Shown in pieces: positions 55,444-64,000 of a DNA stretch of 64,000 bases. A program made the position numbers and the translations under genes. Positions within the stretch are counted from its first letter, which is position 1. The number at the start of each line of letters is the position of its first letter. The stretch lies in assembly GCA_903851445.1 (NCBI GenBank), contig CAINOH010000009.1, positions 23,908 to 87,907 on the forward strand. Direction: 5' to 3'. This stretch comes from an uncultured Candidatus Micrarchaeota archaeon. GTDB lineage: Archaea; Micrarchaeota; Micrarchaeia; Norongarragalinales; CAINOH01. The notes below the pieces were generated by a model that was not told the DNA's origin, did no database searches, and worked only from the letters and a program-made list of their open reading frames with translations.

Positions 55444-57186
55444 TCAGGCCTTCTTTGCGTGCTCCAAACAGGCCTTCACAAAGCCCAGGAAAAGCGGGTT
55501 TGGAGTGAACGGCCGGCTTGAAAGCTCGGGATGGAACTGGGTGCCGACAAAGAACGGGTGACTTGGGATTTCCACGACCTGCATGATGGGCTGGTTTGGC
55601 GCCTTTCCCGAGAAAACCATACCCGCTTTCTGGATGCGTTCGATGTACTCCGGGTTCACCTCATAGCGGTGGCGGAACCTCTCGCGTATCTTGAGCTTTC
55701 CGTAAAGCTCCGCCGCAACCGAACCTTTGGCAAGTTCGATATCCTTTCCGCCCAGGCGCATGTTGCCTCCAAGGCCCTCGATTTTCTTCTGCTCCGGAAG
55801 GATGTCAATTACCATATCCGGTGTATCGGGGTCGATTTCAGTGGAATTTGCCTTTGAAAGCCCGAGCACGTTCCTGCAGAACTCGACTACTGCCATCTGC
55901 ATGCCATAGCACAGGCCTAGGTAGGGCATCCTGTTCTTTCGCGCAAACTCTATGCACTTGATCTTGCCCTCTGTCCCGCGCGAGCCGAACCCGCCTGGCA
56001 CGATTATGCCGTTGACCCCGTCAAGGATTTTTGCAACCTCGGCGTCAGTTGACTTCTGGCCAAGCTTGCTTGTCTCAATCCAGACCAGTTCGACCTTGCA
56101 CCCGGCTTTTGCGCGCGAGTGTTCTATGGCCTGCATTATGCTTGCATAGGAGTCCTTCACTTCGGTGTATTTTCCGGTTATTCCAATCTTGACGGACTTT
56201 GTGGGCTTTGCCAGCGCCTCGCAGAAGTCCTCCCAGCGCCGCATAGCGGCCTCGGTGCGGACTGCGGGCGCCCTCTTTATCCCAAGAAGGTCGAGGACTG
56301 CCTTGTCCAGGCCCTTCTCGTGGAGCATGATTGGCACTTCGTAGATTGAGGACGCGTCGGGAAGGCTTACCACTCGCTCGATTGGCACGTTGGAGTAGAT
56401 GCTGATTTTCTCGCGCACCTTCTCGCCGACCTCGCCTGATGCGCGCACCACGACTATCTCCGGCTGGACGCCAAGCGACATCAGGGTGCGGATTCCGCTC
56501 TGTGCGGGCTTGCTCTTGTACTCGCCAAGCGAGGATGGGTTGAACGCGTAGGTTACGTTCGCGAATATGACGTTCTGCCTGCCTTCCTCGTACTGCAGCT
56601 GGCGCATGGCTTCCATGAAGTATCCGTTCTCCAAGTCACCAACAGTACCGCCGACTTCGATGAGCACCACATCGGACTTGGTGTTGTTTGCGCACTCGCG
56701 CACGAAGGCCTTGATTTCGCCTGTGACGTGGGGGATGAACTGCACGTCGCGGCCAAGGTACTCGCCCTTGCGCTCCTTGGAAAGCACGGTATTGAATATT
56801 TTCCCGCCGGTCAGGTAGTTCTGCTTTGAGAGGTTCTTGTCAAGGAAGCGCTCGTAGGTCCCGAGGTCCATGTCGGTCTCCGCGCCGTCGTCAAGCACAA
56901 AGACCTCGCCGTGGCGGTAGGGATTGAGTGTTCCCGCGTCCTGGTTTAGGTAACCGTCGAACTTGATTGGCTCGACCTTGAGCCCCGCTGCTTCCAAGAG
57001 CGCGCCCATGCTCGAGGTAAAGATTCCCTTGCCCACGCCTGAGATTACGCTTCCGGTGATTACCAAGTACTTGGTGCGGCCGGCCTCGTAGCCCTTGGGC
57101 ACCGGCGTGTAGAACTCGTGGTCGCTGCTCTTGTTCGAAAGCGACGACAATATGCCACAAGAGTCCTCAGCTGCCATTTCCCCCAC
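55444..57186 (-). CDS. pyrG: CTP synthase, with a ~35-aa N-terminal extension
   Basis: KYLVITGSVISGVGKGIFTSSMGALL...; GATase domain with GLCYGMQ (catalytic Cys) and QFHPE. Confidence 0.92.
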   Translation of the reverse strand: MGEMAAEDSCGILSSLSNKSSDHEFYTPVPKGYEAGRTKYLVITGSVISGVGKGIFTSSMGALLEAAGLKVEPIKFDGYLNQDAGTLNPYRHGEVFVLDDGAETDMDLGTYERFLDKNLSKQNYLTGGKIFNTVLSKERKGEYLGRDVQFIPHVTGEIKAFVRECANNTKSDVVLIEVGGTVGDLENGYFMEAMRQLQYEEGRQNVIFANVTYAFNPSSLGEYKSKPAQSGIRTLMSLGVQPEIVVVRASGEVGEKVREKISIYSNVPIERVVSLPDASSIYEVPIMLHEKGLDKAVLDLLGIKRAPAVRTEAAMRRWEDFCEALAKPTKSVKIGITGKYTEVKDSYASIMQAIEHSRAKAGCKVELVWIETSKLGQKSTDAEVAKILDGVNGIIVPGGFGSRGTEGKIKCIEFARKNRMPYLGLCYGMQMAVVEFCRNVLGLSKANSTEIDPDTPDMVIDILPEQKKIEGLGGNMRLGGKDIELAKGSVAAELYGKLKIRERFRHRYEVNPEYIERIQKAGMVFSGKAPNQPIMQVVEIPSHPFFVGTQFHPELSSRPFTPNPLFLGFVKACLEHAKKA

Positions 57187-57374
57187 ACCCCATAAAAAAA
57201 GAACTAATGATACACGAAATGCAATAAAAAGAAGTGGTTATGTTTGGGCTGTTAAAAACATATTGTTGGGCTTAGGCAGTCCTTTCTAATACTCCCTATT
57301 AGGTGTGGCATATGCCAATCGTGGCCGGGGGTATCTTGTTAGCTTTGTTTAATAGAAAAACTAGCGACCGACCT

Positions 57375-58979
57375 TCACGACCCCGTGTATCCGCCGTCGG
57401 TTATCGTCCAACCGTTGTTTGCAATTAGCGTGGTGTTCCTTGCCGTGACCGAGGCGGAAGAGTAACGGGATTTGCCGCCATCAAAAGTAACTCCCGACTG
57501 AACCGAATGGCTTGCCCAGCCGTTGAGGAGAGCGTCGTAATTGGTGGTTGACAGCGTCACGCCGGAGAACATCCCGCGCATATCAGTTACACTTTTTGTG
57601 TTCCATTTGCCTATCGGCTGGTTGAAAGCAGACGCGTTGGCAAACATATACTTCATTGTCCAGACTTTCCCCATATCCCAGCCGCCAATAGGCTGGTTGA
57701 ATGAATGCGCGTTGGCAAACATCCAGTCAATGGAACTGACGCTGCTCGTATTCCAGCCCGAGACGTTGCCATTGAACGCCGACGCGCCGGAAAACACGCC
57801 AGACATGAATATGGCATTGCGCGTATCCCATCCGCTTAAGTTCTGGTTGAATGCAGGCGCGCCCGCAAACATTCCATTCATCATTACTACGCTTCTGGTG
57901 TTCCAGTTGCCTATCGGCTGGTTGAACGAAGACGCATACCCAAACGTGCTGTACATATCTACTACGCGGCTGGTGTTCCAATTGCCTATCGGTTGGTTGA
58001 ACGAAGACGCCCAACCAAACATGTTATTCATGGTTATGACGCTGCTGGTATCCCAGCCGGTAATGTTGCCGTTGAAGGAGGTCGCATTGTAGAACATGAA
58101 GTCGAGCGAGGTCAGGCCGGTAAGGTTGAGGCTGTCCGAACCTATGAAGTTCATGTTTGAGCAGCCGTAGAAGGTGCCGCAGGAGCTTGCGGTGTACCTG
58201 AAAACGCCATAGCAGCCGCCGCATTCGGCGTCTGGGGGGGAGCCCGGAGGGCAGATGTCGCTCGAACAGCCCAAGGTGCCCGAGTAGGCGCGGATGTAGG
58301 GATTGTAATTTCCGATGTTCAAGTCGCCCCAGTGGGTGATGTTGATTATCTTCAGCTTGTCCCCGCCATTGTTGAACGAAAAGCTCGTTTCGTTCGTGTT
58401 GGTGACGTTAATCGTGTAAACTCCCGGCGAGACATACACGTGCGTGGTGATGTTAGAGTCTGACCTGCCGTCGCCCCAGTTTACCGAGAAATAACCTGTT
58501 ATCGGGAGCACGATTGTCGTGGAGTTGCTGCCGGTGCCACCGATCTTGCGCGTGTCCCAAACCGCGCTGAATGGCGAAGGCTTTGGAGTCGGGCTGGGCG
58601 TGGGGCTTGGAGTGGGCGTTGCGGTAGGTGTTGCAGTAGGCGTCGCAGTCGGCGTGGGACTGGCCGTTGGTGTTGCAGTAGCAGTGGGTGTAGGAGTTGC
58701 AGTAGGAGCGGGTGTCGGACTCGGCGTAGGTGTGGGCGTAGCAGTTGGCGTTGCGGTAGTTGTTGCTGTCGGAGTAGCAGTAGGCGTTGGAGTTACTGTG
58801 GATGGGGTTATGCCGTAGTTCTGTACTAACTCCCAATAGGTGCTTGACTGATTAGTAACGGAATTGTTTGCCTGGCCTTGCGAGGCCTGCACGACCATCA
58901 GGGTGATGGCTGCAATGAGCACGCTGCCGCCTATCATCAACAGGTATTCGAATGCGGCCTGGCCGCGGGAAACTGACAT
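57375..58979 (-). CDS. Pilin-adhesin fusion: class III signal peptide + Pro/Thr linker + DUF285-type tandem repeats
   Basis: [33 protein letters not shown]...; ~80 aa TPTATP linker; repeated ~26-aa units F(G/A)[24 protein letters not shown] characteristic of DUF285 repeats. Confidence 0.7.
   Translation of the reverse strand: MSVSRGQAAFEYLLMIGGSVLIAAITLMVVQASQGQANNSVTNQSSTYWELVQNYGITPSTVTPTPTATPTATTTATPTATPTPTPSPTPAPTATPTPTATATPTASPTPTATPTATPTATPTPSPTPSPTPKPSPFSAVWDTRKIGGTGSNSTTIVLPITGYFSVNWGDGRSDSNITTHVYVSPGVYTINVTNTNETSFSFNNGGDKLKIINITHWGDLNIGNYNPYIRAYSGTLGCSSDICPPGSPPDAECGGCYGVFRYTASSCGTFYGCSNMNFIGSDSLNLTGLTSLDFMFYNATSFNGNITGWDTSSVITMNNMFGWASSFNQPIGNWNTSRVVDMYSTFGYASSFNQPIGNWNTRSVVMMNGMFAGAPAFNQNLSGWDTRNAIFMSGVFSGASAFNGNVSGWNTSSVSSIDWMFANAHSFNQPIGGWDMGKVWTMKYMFANASAFNQPIGKWNTKSVTDMRGMFSGVTLSTTNYDALLNGWASHSVQSGVTFDGGKSRYSSASVTARNTTLIANNGWTITDGGYTGS
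58572..58808 (-). repeat. Low-complexity tandem DNA repeats encoding the Pro/Thr linker of the DUF285 pilin-adhesin
   Basis: Produces the antisense [13 protein letters not shown] (58519..58818). Confidence 0.65.
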
Positions 58980-59007
58980 TTGAACCCGAAAAAACTACTG
59001 TCCTGCG

Positions 59008-59016
59008 CTATAAATA
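59008..59016 (-). promoter_or_regulatory. Candidate TATA box (tttatata on the minus strand) ~30 nt upstream of the DUF285 pilin gene; suggests a leaderless or short-leader mRNA
   Basis: AT-rich octamer in a GC-rich background at the expected distance from the ATG at 58979. Confidence 0.3.
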
Positions 59017-59021
59017 AGAGA

Positions 59022-59057
59022 CCCCCTCCCGATGCGGGAGGGGGCTTCACCTTTTTT
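59022..59057 (-). terminator. Perfect 10-bp stem hairpin (ccccctcccg-atg-cgggaggggg) flanked by T-runs; candidate terminator of the upstream five-gene membrane-protein operon
   Basis: Arms 59022..59031 and 59035..59044 are exact reverse complements; tttttt at 59052-59057. Confidence 0.4.
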
Positions 59058-59136
59058 CCAAGGGGGGCTTGGAGGATTTGATGAAGGATAAATGCCGCCA
59101 AAAGGGCGGCGAAAGGAAAGCGCGCAATGGCCTTGC

Positions 59137-59520
59137 TTACTGTCCCCACATGACCTTACGTTTGGATGTCAGACGCTCCTTGCGGAACTCTCCCTGCATG
59201 TGGTAGTATGAAGCGCCGAAGAGCGCAGCTACCCCGACAATGGGAACGTACATGAGGGTGACGACCCCGATAATGGCGAGCACCAGCGAGTACGAACGGA
59301 AACGCAAAGCCTCCTTCCACAAAGGAAGGTAGCTCTGGGTGTAGGCGTAACGGTTGGTGAGCTTCATCATCGGCTCCTTTCCGTCTGCCGGGACGCTCGT
59401 CATCTGGATGTCCCAGGTCTTTTCCGACGGAGCCTGGCCAGTGGGAGCGACTGCGTCGCCCGAGACGATTTCGTCCGTGTTTTTGGGATTCAGCTTTGAA
59501 AGCATGTCCTGTATTGCCAT
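59137..59520 (-). CDS. Small membrane protein, paralog family member (P5)
   Basis: Soluble N-terminus with ...PMMKLTNRYAYTQSYLPLWKEALRF, then two TM helices. Confidence 0.45.
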   Translation of the reverse strand: MAIQDMLSKLNPKNTDEIVSGDAVAPTGQAPSEKTWDIQMTSVPADGKEPMMKLTNRYAYTQSYLPLWKEALRFRSYSLVLAIIGVVTLMYVPIVGVAALFGASYYHMQGEFRKERLTSKRKVMWGQ

Positions 59521-59533
59521 ATTGCATCCCCCT

Positions 59534-60148
59534 CTACTGCGCTACTATTACCGAGCGCCCCTTCTCCCAGGTGACTTCGGTCCCGAACCCGTTCAGGTGG
59601 TGGCCCCAGTAGTGGCCCCAAAGGTAGGCGAACACAACTGAAATCAGCGGGCTTATGAAAAACGTGACTATCATTAGGATGAAGCACGCCATGGACCAGA
59701 AGAAGCTGTTGTACACTCCTGACCAGCTGTCGTAGCTTTCAATCCCGTTGAACTCGAACCCTAGACGCTTTCCGAGGAAGTGGCCACGCGTGTCGATGTT
59801 GAACATGTGCATTGGCCGCATTCCGGCGGTCATCGGGTCCTTCGGGCCCATGATGTTGCCCGAACCGTCGGGCATCTCCTCGCCTTCCTTGTTAGTGGGC
59901 ACGAACATGGGAATGTCGTAGTTCTCGTTGCCTGCGGGCTGCCCTGCCTGCGCGGGAACAGCAGCGGGCTTTGCCGATGCGGAAACTGCGCTGACCTTTT
60001 CGGAGTAGACTACCTTGTTGTTTCCGACCTTGCCCGCAGTGACCGGGATGGGCCACGACGCCGGGCCGTTGTAGATGTATTTTATCTCCGCCGGAGTGCC
60101 AGCAGCGTTCTTTGCCTGTGAAAGGTTGAGCAATGCCATTTGTCTCAC
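59534..60148 (-). CDS. Small membrane protein, paralog family member (P4)
   Basis: ...YDIPMFVPTNKEGEEM...MRPMHMFNIDTRGHFLGKRLGFEFNGIESYDSW..., then TM helices. Start overlaps the P3 stop. Confidence 0.5.
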   Translation of the reverse strand: MRQMALLNLSQAKNAAGTPAEIKYIYNGPASWPIPVTAGKVGNNKVVYSEKVSAVSASAKPAAVPAQAGQPAGNENYDIPMFVPTNKEGEEMPDGSGNIMGPKDPMTAGMRPMHMFNIDTRGHFLGKRLGFEFNGIESYDSWSGVYNSFFWSMACFILMIVTFFISPLISVVFAYLWGHYWGHHLNGFGTEVTWEKGRSVIVAQ

Positions 60149-60393
60149 AACAGAAACTGCGCCATAAGCGCGTAAATCAGGCAGCCGAAGGCCACCACGT
60201 AAATTGCGGAGTCCGAAAGGCCGAACGGCCGTCCGAGCGAGTGGTCGCTGTAAATCTCGGCCATCGTGGGCGTGTCGGTCGTGTCAAGGACGTGGACCAA
60301 CCCCGCGTCCTCCAGCCACATCACGGCCTGCACAGTAAGGGGCGCGTAGTGGAACGGCGCCTTGTTCTTGTACGGGTTCTTGCTTTCTGCCAT
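60145..60393 (-). CDS. Small membrane-anchored protein (P3, 82 aa)
   Basis: C-terminal TM helix; same operon. Confidence 0.35.
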   Translation of the reverse strand: MAESKNPYKNKAPFHYAPLTVQAVMWLEDAGLVHVLDTTDTPTMAEIYSDHSLGRPFGLSDSAIYVVAFGCLIYALMAQFLL

Positions 60394-60409
60394 AATGCCC
60401 TTTCGCCTT

Positions 60410-60883
60410 TTAGTCTACTGTCATGATTGTACGCTGTACTCCGAACACCCAGGCTCCGAAGCGCAGTGAAGCGCCCATTGCGCGAAAACGCGCTGCAAGG
60501 GCGAACATCAAAAGCGACCCTGCCGGGAAAACCGTGAAAGTGTAGATTCCTGCAACCATCCAGAACGTGAAAATCGACCAGGCGATTTTTTCCTTGCGCC
60601 ACATGTCGATGTATTCCATTACGAAGCCGTGGCGCGTGTTCATGCGCATGACCGGGAAGTCCTTCGGGTTGACTTCGCATCCTGCGGTTGTCACGGTTGT
60701 GCGCGGCTCGGGCACTCCGCCCTTTTGCCTTGCGACCGGCGAGGCTGTGGTCTCGTTCTTCTGCTTTTGGTAAGCGCCGTGATACGCGCTCTCCTGGATG
60801 CCGGGCGCTATGGGCGCCTTGCCGTATCCCGCAGGGTCGCCGAAGCCGGAATGTTCCTGTACTGGAGTGTGCACTGAGATCAT
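60410..60883 (-). CDS. Small membrane protein, paralog family member (P2)
   Basis: ...FPVMRMNTRHGFVMEYIDMWRKEKIAWSIFTFW..., then TM helices. Confidence 0.45.
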   Translation of the reverse strand: MISVHTPVQEHSGFGDPAGYGKAPIAPGIQESAYHGAYQKQKNETTASPVARQKGGVPEPRTTVTTAGCEVNPKDFPVMRMNTRHGFVMEYIDMWRKEKIAWSIFTFWMVAGIYTFTVFPAGSLLMFALAARFRAMGASLRFGAWVFGVQRTIMTVD

Positions 60884-60893
60884 CTAAATCAAC

Positions 60894-61277
60894 TTATGTT
60901 GCCTCGTAGAGCATACGAACTTTCCAGTTGTTGCTTACGTAGAAGTCCTGCCACACGAAGCGGCCGTATGCGAAGCCCGATGCAAGGCCGAATGCGCCTG
61001 CCACGAATATGTTACGCGAGATAAGAACGACTGCCATTATCGCAAGGAAGATTGCAGCTGCCTTGGCTACCTGCCATTCCTTGTAGATTCCGATTGACTC
61101 GTTGAGGTAGTCCTGCCTGCGCTTGATGTGCATGACTGAGTTCCCGTGGGTATCAGTAGGCACGAACATAGGTATGTGGTTGTAGCCGCGCTTCGGGACG
61201 GTCTCGTCCTGCGTGTGGGCCTGCCCATTAGTGAGCATTTCCCTGCGGGCCTTTGAAAGCGAATAGTCTTTTTCCAT
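60894..61277 (-). CDS. Small membrane protein, paralog family member (P1)
   Basis: MEKDYSLSKARREMLTNGQAHTQDETVPKRGYNHIPMFVPTDTHGNSVMHIKRRQDYLNESIGIYKEWQVAK..., then TM helices. The internal ATG is chosen. The extended track ORF to 61403 is AT-rich and contains a TATA-like aaatatataaa at 61323-61333. Confidence 0.5.
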   Translation of the reverse strand: MEKDYSLSKARREMLTNGQAHTQDETVPKRGYNHIPMFVPTDTHGNSVMHIKRRQDYLNESIGIYKEWQVAKAAAIFLAIMAVVLISRNIFVAGAFGLASGFAYGRFVWQDFYVSNNWKVRMLYEAT

Positions 61278-61520
61278 GTCGAACAAATCCCCCTCGATTT
61301 GCGTAACAGATTTAGGAAACCCCAAATATATAAACTGTTCGGTAGTAACAAACATTAATATTTGGTAGACAATTGACGTAGTTTGGAAACTGCCTAAAAA
61401 CAATATTCGTCAAAAGACGTATTTTGGAGGTTTGCGCCTCTGGAAAGGGGAAGGCAAGCAAGGTGGCGTTTAGGCTGCCGGAGCTACTGATTATATTTTC
61501 CAAGCCCCAGTAACACTATC

Positions 61521-62390
61521 ATGGCACCAAGCCCGGCAACAAAGGCAAGGCTCCTGGAAGGAAAGCCCATAGCCGACACGATGCTTTCGGCTGTTGCGGC
61601 CAAGGTCGCAACGCTTGCACAAAAGCCGACCCTGGCAGTGGTCATTGCAGAAGGCAACCCTGCTTCCGAGCTATATGTCGCCAAAAAGCAGGCTGCGTGC
61701 AAGAAAGTGGGCATAAACTCGCTGCGCTTTGACATTGCCCGCACCGAGACAACTGCCAAACTCCTCTTTCTCATCCGCAAGCTCAATGCCGACCCAAAGG
61801 TGGATGGCATCCTGGTCCAGCTCCCGCTCCCAAAGCAGATTGACGAGGACGCGGTAATCGAGGCGATTGACCCGCAAAAGGACGTTGACGGCTTCCACCC
61901 GATAAACGTGGGCCGGCTCTCGCGCGGAGACGAGGATGCCGCGCTGGTCTCGGCAACACCAAAGGGAATAATCAAGCTCCTGGAATCCGCCGGAGTGGAC
62001 GTTTCTGGAAAAATATGCACAGTCGTGGGCACCAGCAACATCGTAGGAAAGCCTGTTGCCTACCTGTTGACGAACCGCAAGGCAACAGTGATTACCGCAA
62101 ACAGCAAGACCAAGGACCTGAAAGCGGTGACTCGCCAGGCCGACGTCCTCGTGGTTGGCGTTGGAAAGCCCGGGCTCGTCCGCGGCGACATGGTAAAGCC
62201 GGGTGCAATCGTGATTGACGTTGGCACAAGCAAGCTTGCGAATGGAAAGCTTGCCGGGGATGTGGACTTTGAGGCCGTCTCCCAAGTGGCGTCCATAATA
62301 ACGCCCGTGCCCGGCGGTGTCGGGCCGATGACGATTGCAAGCCTTCTTGACAACACGCTCATTGCATACGAACGCAGAAGGAAAAAGTAA
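61521..62390 (+). CDS. folD: Bifunctional methylenetetrahydrofolate dehydrogenase/methenyl-THF cyclohydrolase
   Basis: DGILVQLPLPKQIDEDAVIEAIDPQKDVDGFHPINVGRL; NAD(P) site GKICTVVGTSNIVGKPVAYLL; C-terminal PVPGGVGPMTIA. Confidence 0.9.
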   Translation: MAPSPATKARLLEGKPIADTMLSAVAAKVATLAQKPTLAVVIAEGNPASELYVAKKQAACKKVGINSLRFDIARTETTAKLLFLIRKLNADPKVDGILVQLPLPKQIDEDAVIEAIDPQKDVDGFHPINVGRLSRGDEDAALVSATPKGIIKLLESAGVDVSGKICTVVGTSNIVGKPVAYLLTNRKATVITANSKTKDLKAVTRQADVLVVGVGKPGLVRGDMVKPGAIVIDVGTSKLANGKLAGDVDFEAVSQVASIITPVPGGVGPMTIASLLDNTLIAYERRRKK

Positions 62391-62418
62391 TTTTACTGTT
62401 GCGGGCGCGTATCCCATC

Positions 62419-63012
62419 ATGCCTATTTCCTGCCAAGACAAGAGCCAGTTGCGCAACCTGATGAAAAAGATGCGAAAGGAGCACCACCCGCTGGAGCGGA
62501 AGAAAAAGAGCGAAACCATTTGCGGAAAGCTCGTTGAAAGCACGGGATTCGGACAGGCAAAAACCATACTCTTCTACTATCCGAAATCCGACGAGGTCGA
62601 CACGCTGGCCGCAATCGCGGCTTCACTTGAGCAGAAAAAGACGGTTTGCCTCCCCTGCACGGACAGGAAAACGGGAGTGATTACGGCCTGCGAAATTTCG
62701 GGCCTGGACGGCCACAACCTTGAGAAAGCCGCCTTCGGGATACCCGAACCGAAACCCGGCGAAAACACTGCGGTCCCCGCACAAAAAATCGACCTTGTAA
62801 TAGTGCCGGGCGTTGCCTTTGACTTGCACGGCGACCGAGTGGGCCACGGCCTGGGCTACTACGACAGGTTCCTTACCAGTGCAAGGAAAGCGAAAAAAAT
62901 CGCGCTTGCCTTTGACTTCCAGGTTGTCAATGAAAAAATCGTGTGCGAGTCCCACGACGTGACAGTTGATGAGATAATAACCGAGAAAAGGCACATTGTT
63001 GTAAGAAAATAA
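62419..63012 (+). CDS. 5-formyltetrahydrofolate cyclo-ligase (MTHFS)
   Basis: KEHHPLERKKKSETI...ILFYYP; ...DLVIVPGVAFDLHGDRVGHGLGYYDRFL matches the MTHFS C-terminal signature. Confidence 0.8.
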   Translation: MPISCQDKSQLRNLMKKMRKEHHPLERKKKSETICGKLVESTGFGQAKTILFYYPKSDEVDTLAAIAASLEQKKTVCLPCTDRKTGVITACEISGLDGHNLEKAAFGIPEPKPGENTAVPAQKIDLVIVPGVAFDLHGDRVGHGLGYYDRFLTSARKAKKIALAFDFQVVNEKIVCESHDVTVDEIITEKRHIVVRK

Positions 63013-63051
63013 GGAAAAACGAAGCGAATGCAGAAAAAGTGAGACATCAAA

Positions 63052-63681
63052 ATGAAAAAAATCCGCGTAGTAGTCCTCGCCTCAGGAAGGGGTAGCGACT
63101 TCGAGTCAATAGCGCAAGCTGCAAAGAAGGGCGAAATCAGCGCGGAAATGGCGTGCATGATTACCGACAACCCGTATGCTGGCGCGATTGCAAAGGCTGC
63201 CGCGCTCGGGGTGCAGTCCAAAGTGGTTGACTATGAGGCTTTCCCGAACCGCGCGGAGTACGAAAAGGAACTGCTGAAGGCGATAAGCTCAACCGGGCCC
63301 GACCTCGTTGTGCTTGCGGGGTATATGCGCATAATTCGTTCGGAGGAACTTCTCGCAAAGTACGCAGGAAAAATAATCAACGTCCACCCCTCGCTCCTGC
63401 CGAAGTACCCCGGGGCGCAAGGCCAGAAGGACGCCTTTGATGCGGGGGAAAGGGAATCTGGCTACACCATCCACTTTGTTGACGCGAGCCTGGACGGCGG
63501 GCCGATAATATTGCAGGAAAAGGTGGACATTACAGGCTGCAACGACGCTGACGGGGTCTCGGCAAGAATCCTGGTGCGCGAGCACCTCGGCCTTCCGAAA
63601 GTCGTCGGCATGTTTGCAACTGGAACGTTTGAAATAAGCGGCAAAAAAGTCACATATAAATCCAATTTGGGTAATCCTTGA
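63052..63681 (+). CDS. purN: Phosphoribosylglycinamide formyltransferase
   Basis: MKKIRVVVLASGRGSDFESI...; NVHPSLLPKYPGAQ (formyl-transferase motif); ...GYTIHFVDASLDGGPII. Confidence 0.88.
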   Translation: MKKIRVVVLASGRGSDFESIAQAAKKGEISAEMACMITDNPYAGAIAKAAALGVQSKVVDYEAFPNRAEYEKELLKAISSTGPDLVVLAGYMRIIRSEELLAKYAGKIINVHPSLLPKYPGAQGQKDAFDAGERESGYTIHFVDASLDGGPIILQEKVDITGCNDADGVSARILVREHLGLPKVVGMFATGTFEISGKKVTYKSNLGNP

Positions 63682-64000
63682 TGCCCTCCAACAGCAACCT
63701 TGATTTTTCAGAGTCCGTGCAAATAATAGTCTCCGCGCTCGGCATCTCCTACGCGTTCTCCTACGTCTGGCCCGACCAGCCGTTCCTTTCAATCCTGCTC
63801 ACTGTCGGCGCCGCGTTCGTGCTGCACGAGCTGGGGCACAGGTATGTGGCAACCCGGTACGGTGCGCACGCGCGCTACCAGATGTGGACCATCGGCCTTG
63901 TTGCCGCGATAGTGCTTGCTGTTGCGCTTGGCTTTGTGTTCGCGGCACCCGGCGCAGTTTACATTTACGGGAAGGAACTTACCCGCAGCCAGAGCGGCAA
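63681..64000 (+). CDS. Site-2 protease-like (M50 family) membrane metalloprotease, partial (N-terminal ~106 aa in window)
   Basis: TM helix followed by HELGHRYVATRYG (HExxH zinc motif in a membrane helix). TGATG overlap with the purN stop. Confidence 0.6.
   Translation, partial: MPSNSNLDFSESVQIIVSALGISYAFSYVWPDQPFLSILLTVGAAFVLHELGHRYVATRYGAHARYQMWTIGLVAAIVLAVALGFVFAAPGAVYIYGKELTRSQSG

Noticed and set aside
60894-61403. Extended 169-aa version of membrane paralog P1
   Set aside because: The extra 42 N-terminal codons are AT-rich and contain a TATA-like aaatatataaa. The ATG at 61277 gives an N-terminus homologous to the other paralogs.
61671-62567. 298-aa minus-strand ORF
   Set aside because: Antisense to folD and MTHFS, both with strong family signatures on the plus strand.

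Overview
This is a GC-rich (~60%) archaeal chromosomal window. The archaeal assignment rests on the housekeeping genes: aIF2-gamma, homodimeric-type tRNA-splicing endonuclease, deoxyhypusine synthase, ABCE1 next to Pelota, RFC small subunit, Cdc48, Pth2, GH57 and topoisomerase IA. The lineage cannot be pinned down from sequence alone; the very large pilin repertoire and the class II LysRS are reminiscent of small-genome DPANN-like archaea.

The dominant feature is a large investment in type IV pilus (class III signal peptide) biology:
- A Tad/Fla-like assembly operon at 5.7-12.8 kb with FlaI/TadA-type ATPase, a split TadB/TadC-like platform, and six pilin-like genes.
- A second ~9 kb pilin island at 15.2-24.5 kb with three tandem major-pilin paralogs, four tandem cysteine-rich mini-pilins, an A24 prepilin peptidase, about ten further pilin-like or signal-anchored genes, and an unannotated 50-aa mini-pilin.
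- Three large pilin-adhesin fusions: a pilin-PT linker-PEGA protein, a pilin with six Cys4 repeat modules, and a pilin-PT linker-DUF285-repeat protein.

Other content:
- A five-gene glycogen operon (glycogen synthase-like GT, GH57, a second GT, a small wHTH protein, a GDE-like six-hairpin hydrolase).
- A solo IS200/IS605 TnpB.
- A translation/ribosome-rescue theme: aIF2-gamma, LysRS, DHS, ABCE1 and Pelota divergently paired, Pth2, and an NFACT-R fragment translationally coupled upstream of Cdc48.
- Folate/nucleotide genes: folC, pyrG, folD, MTHFS, purN.
- A compact operon of five paralogous small membrane proteins (59.1-61.3 kb) of unknown function, immediately upstream of the DUF285 pilin-adhesin.

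No tRNA, rRNA or CRISPR arrays were found. Many long ORFs in the six-frame track are GC-driven antisense artefacts.
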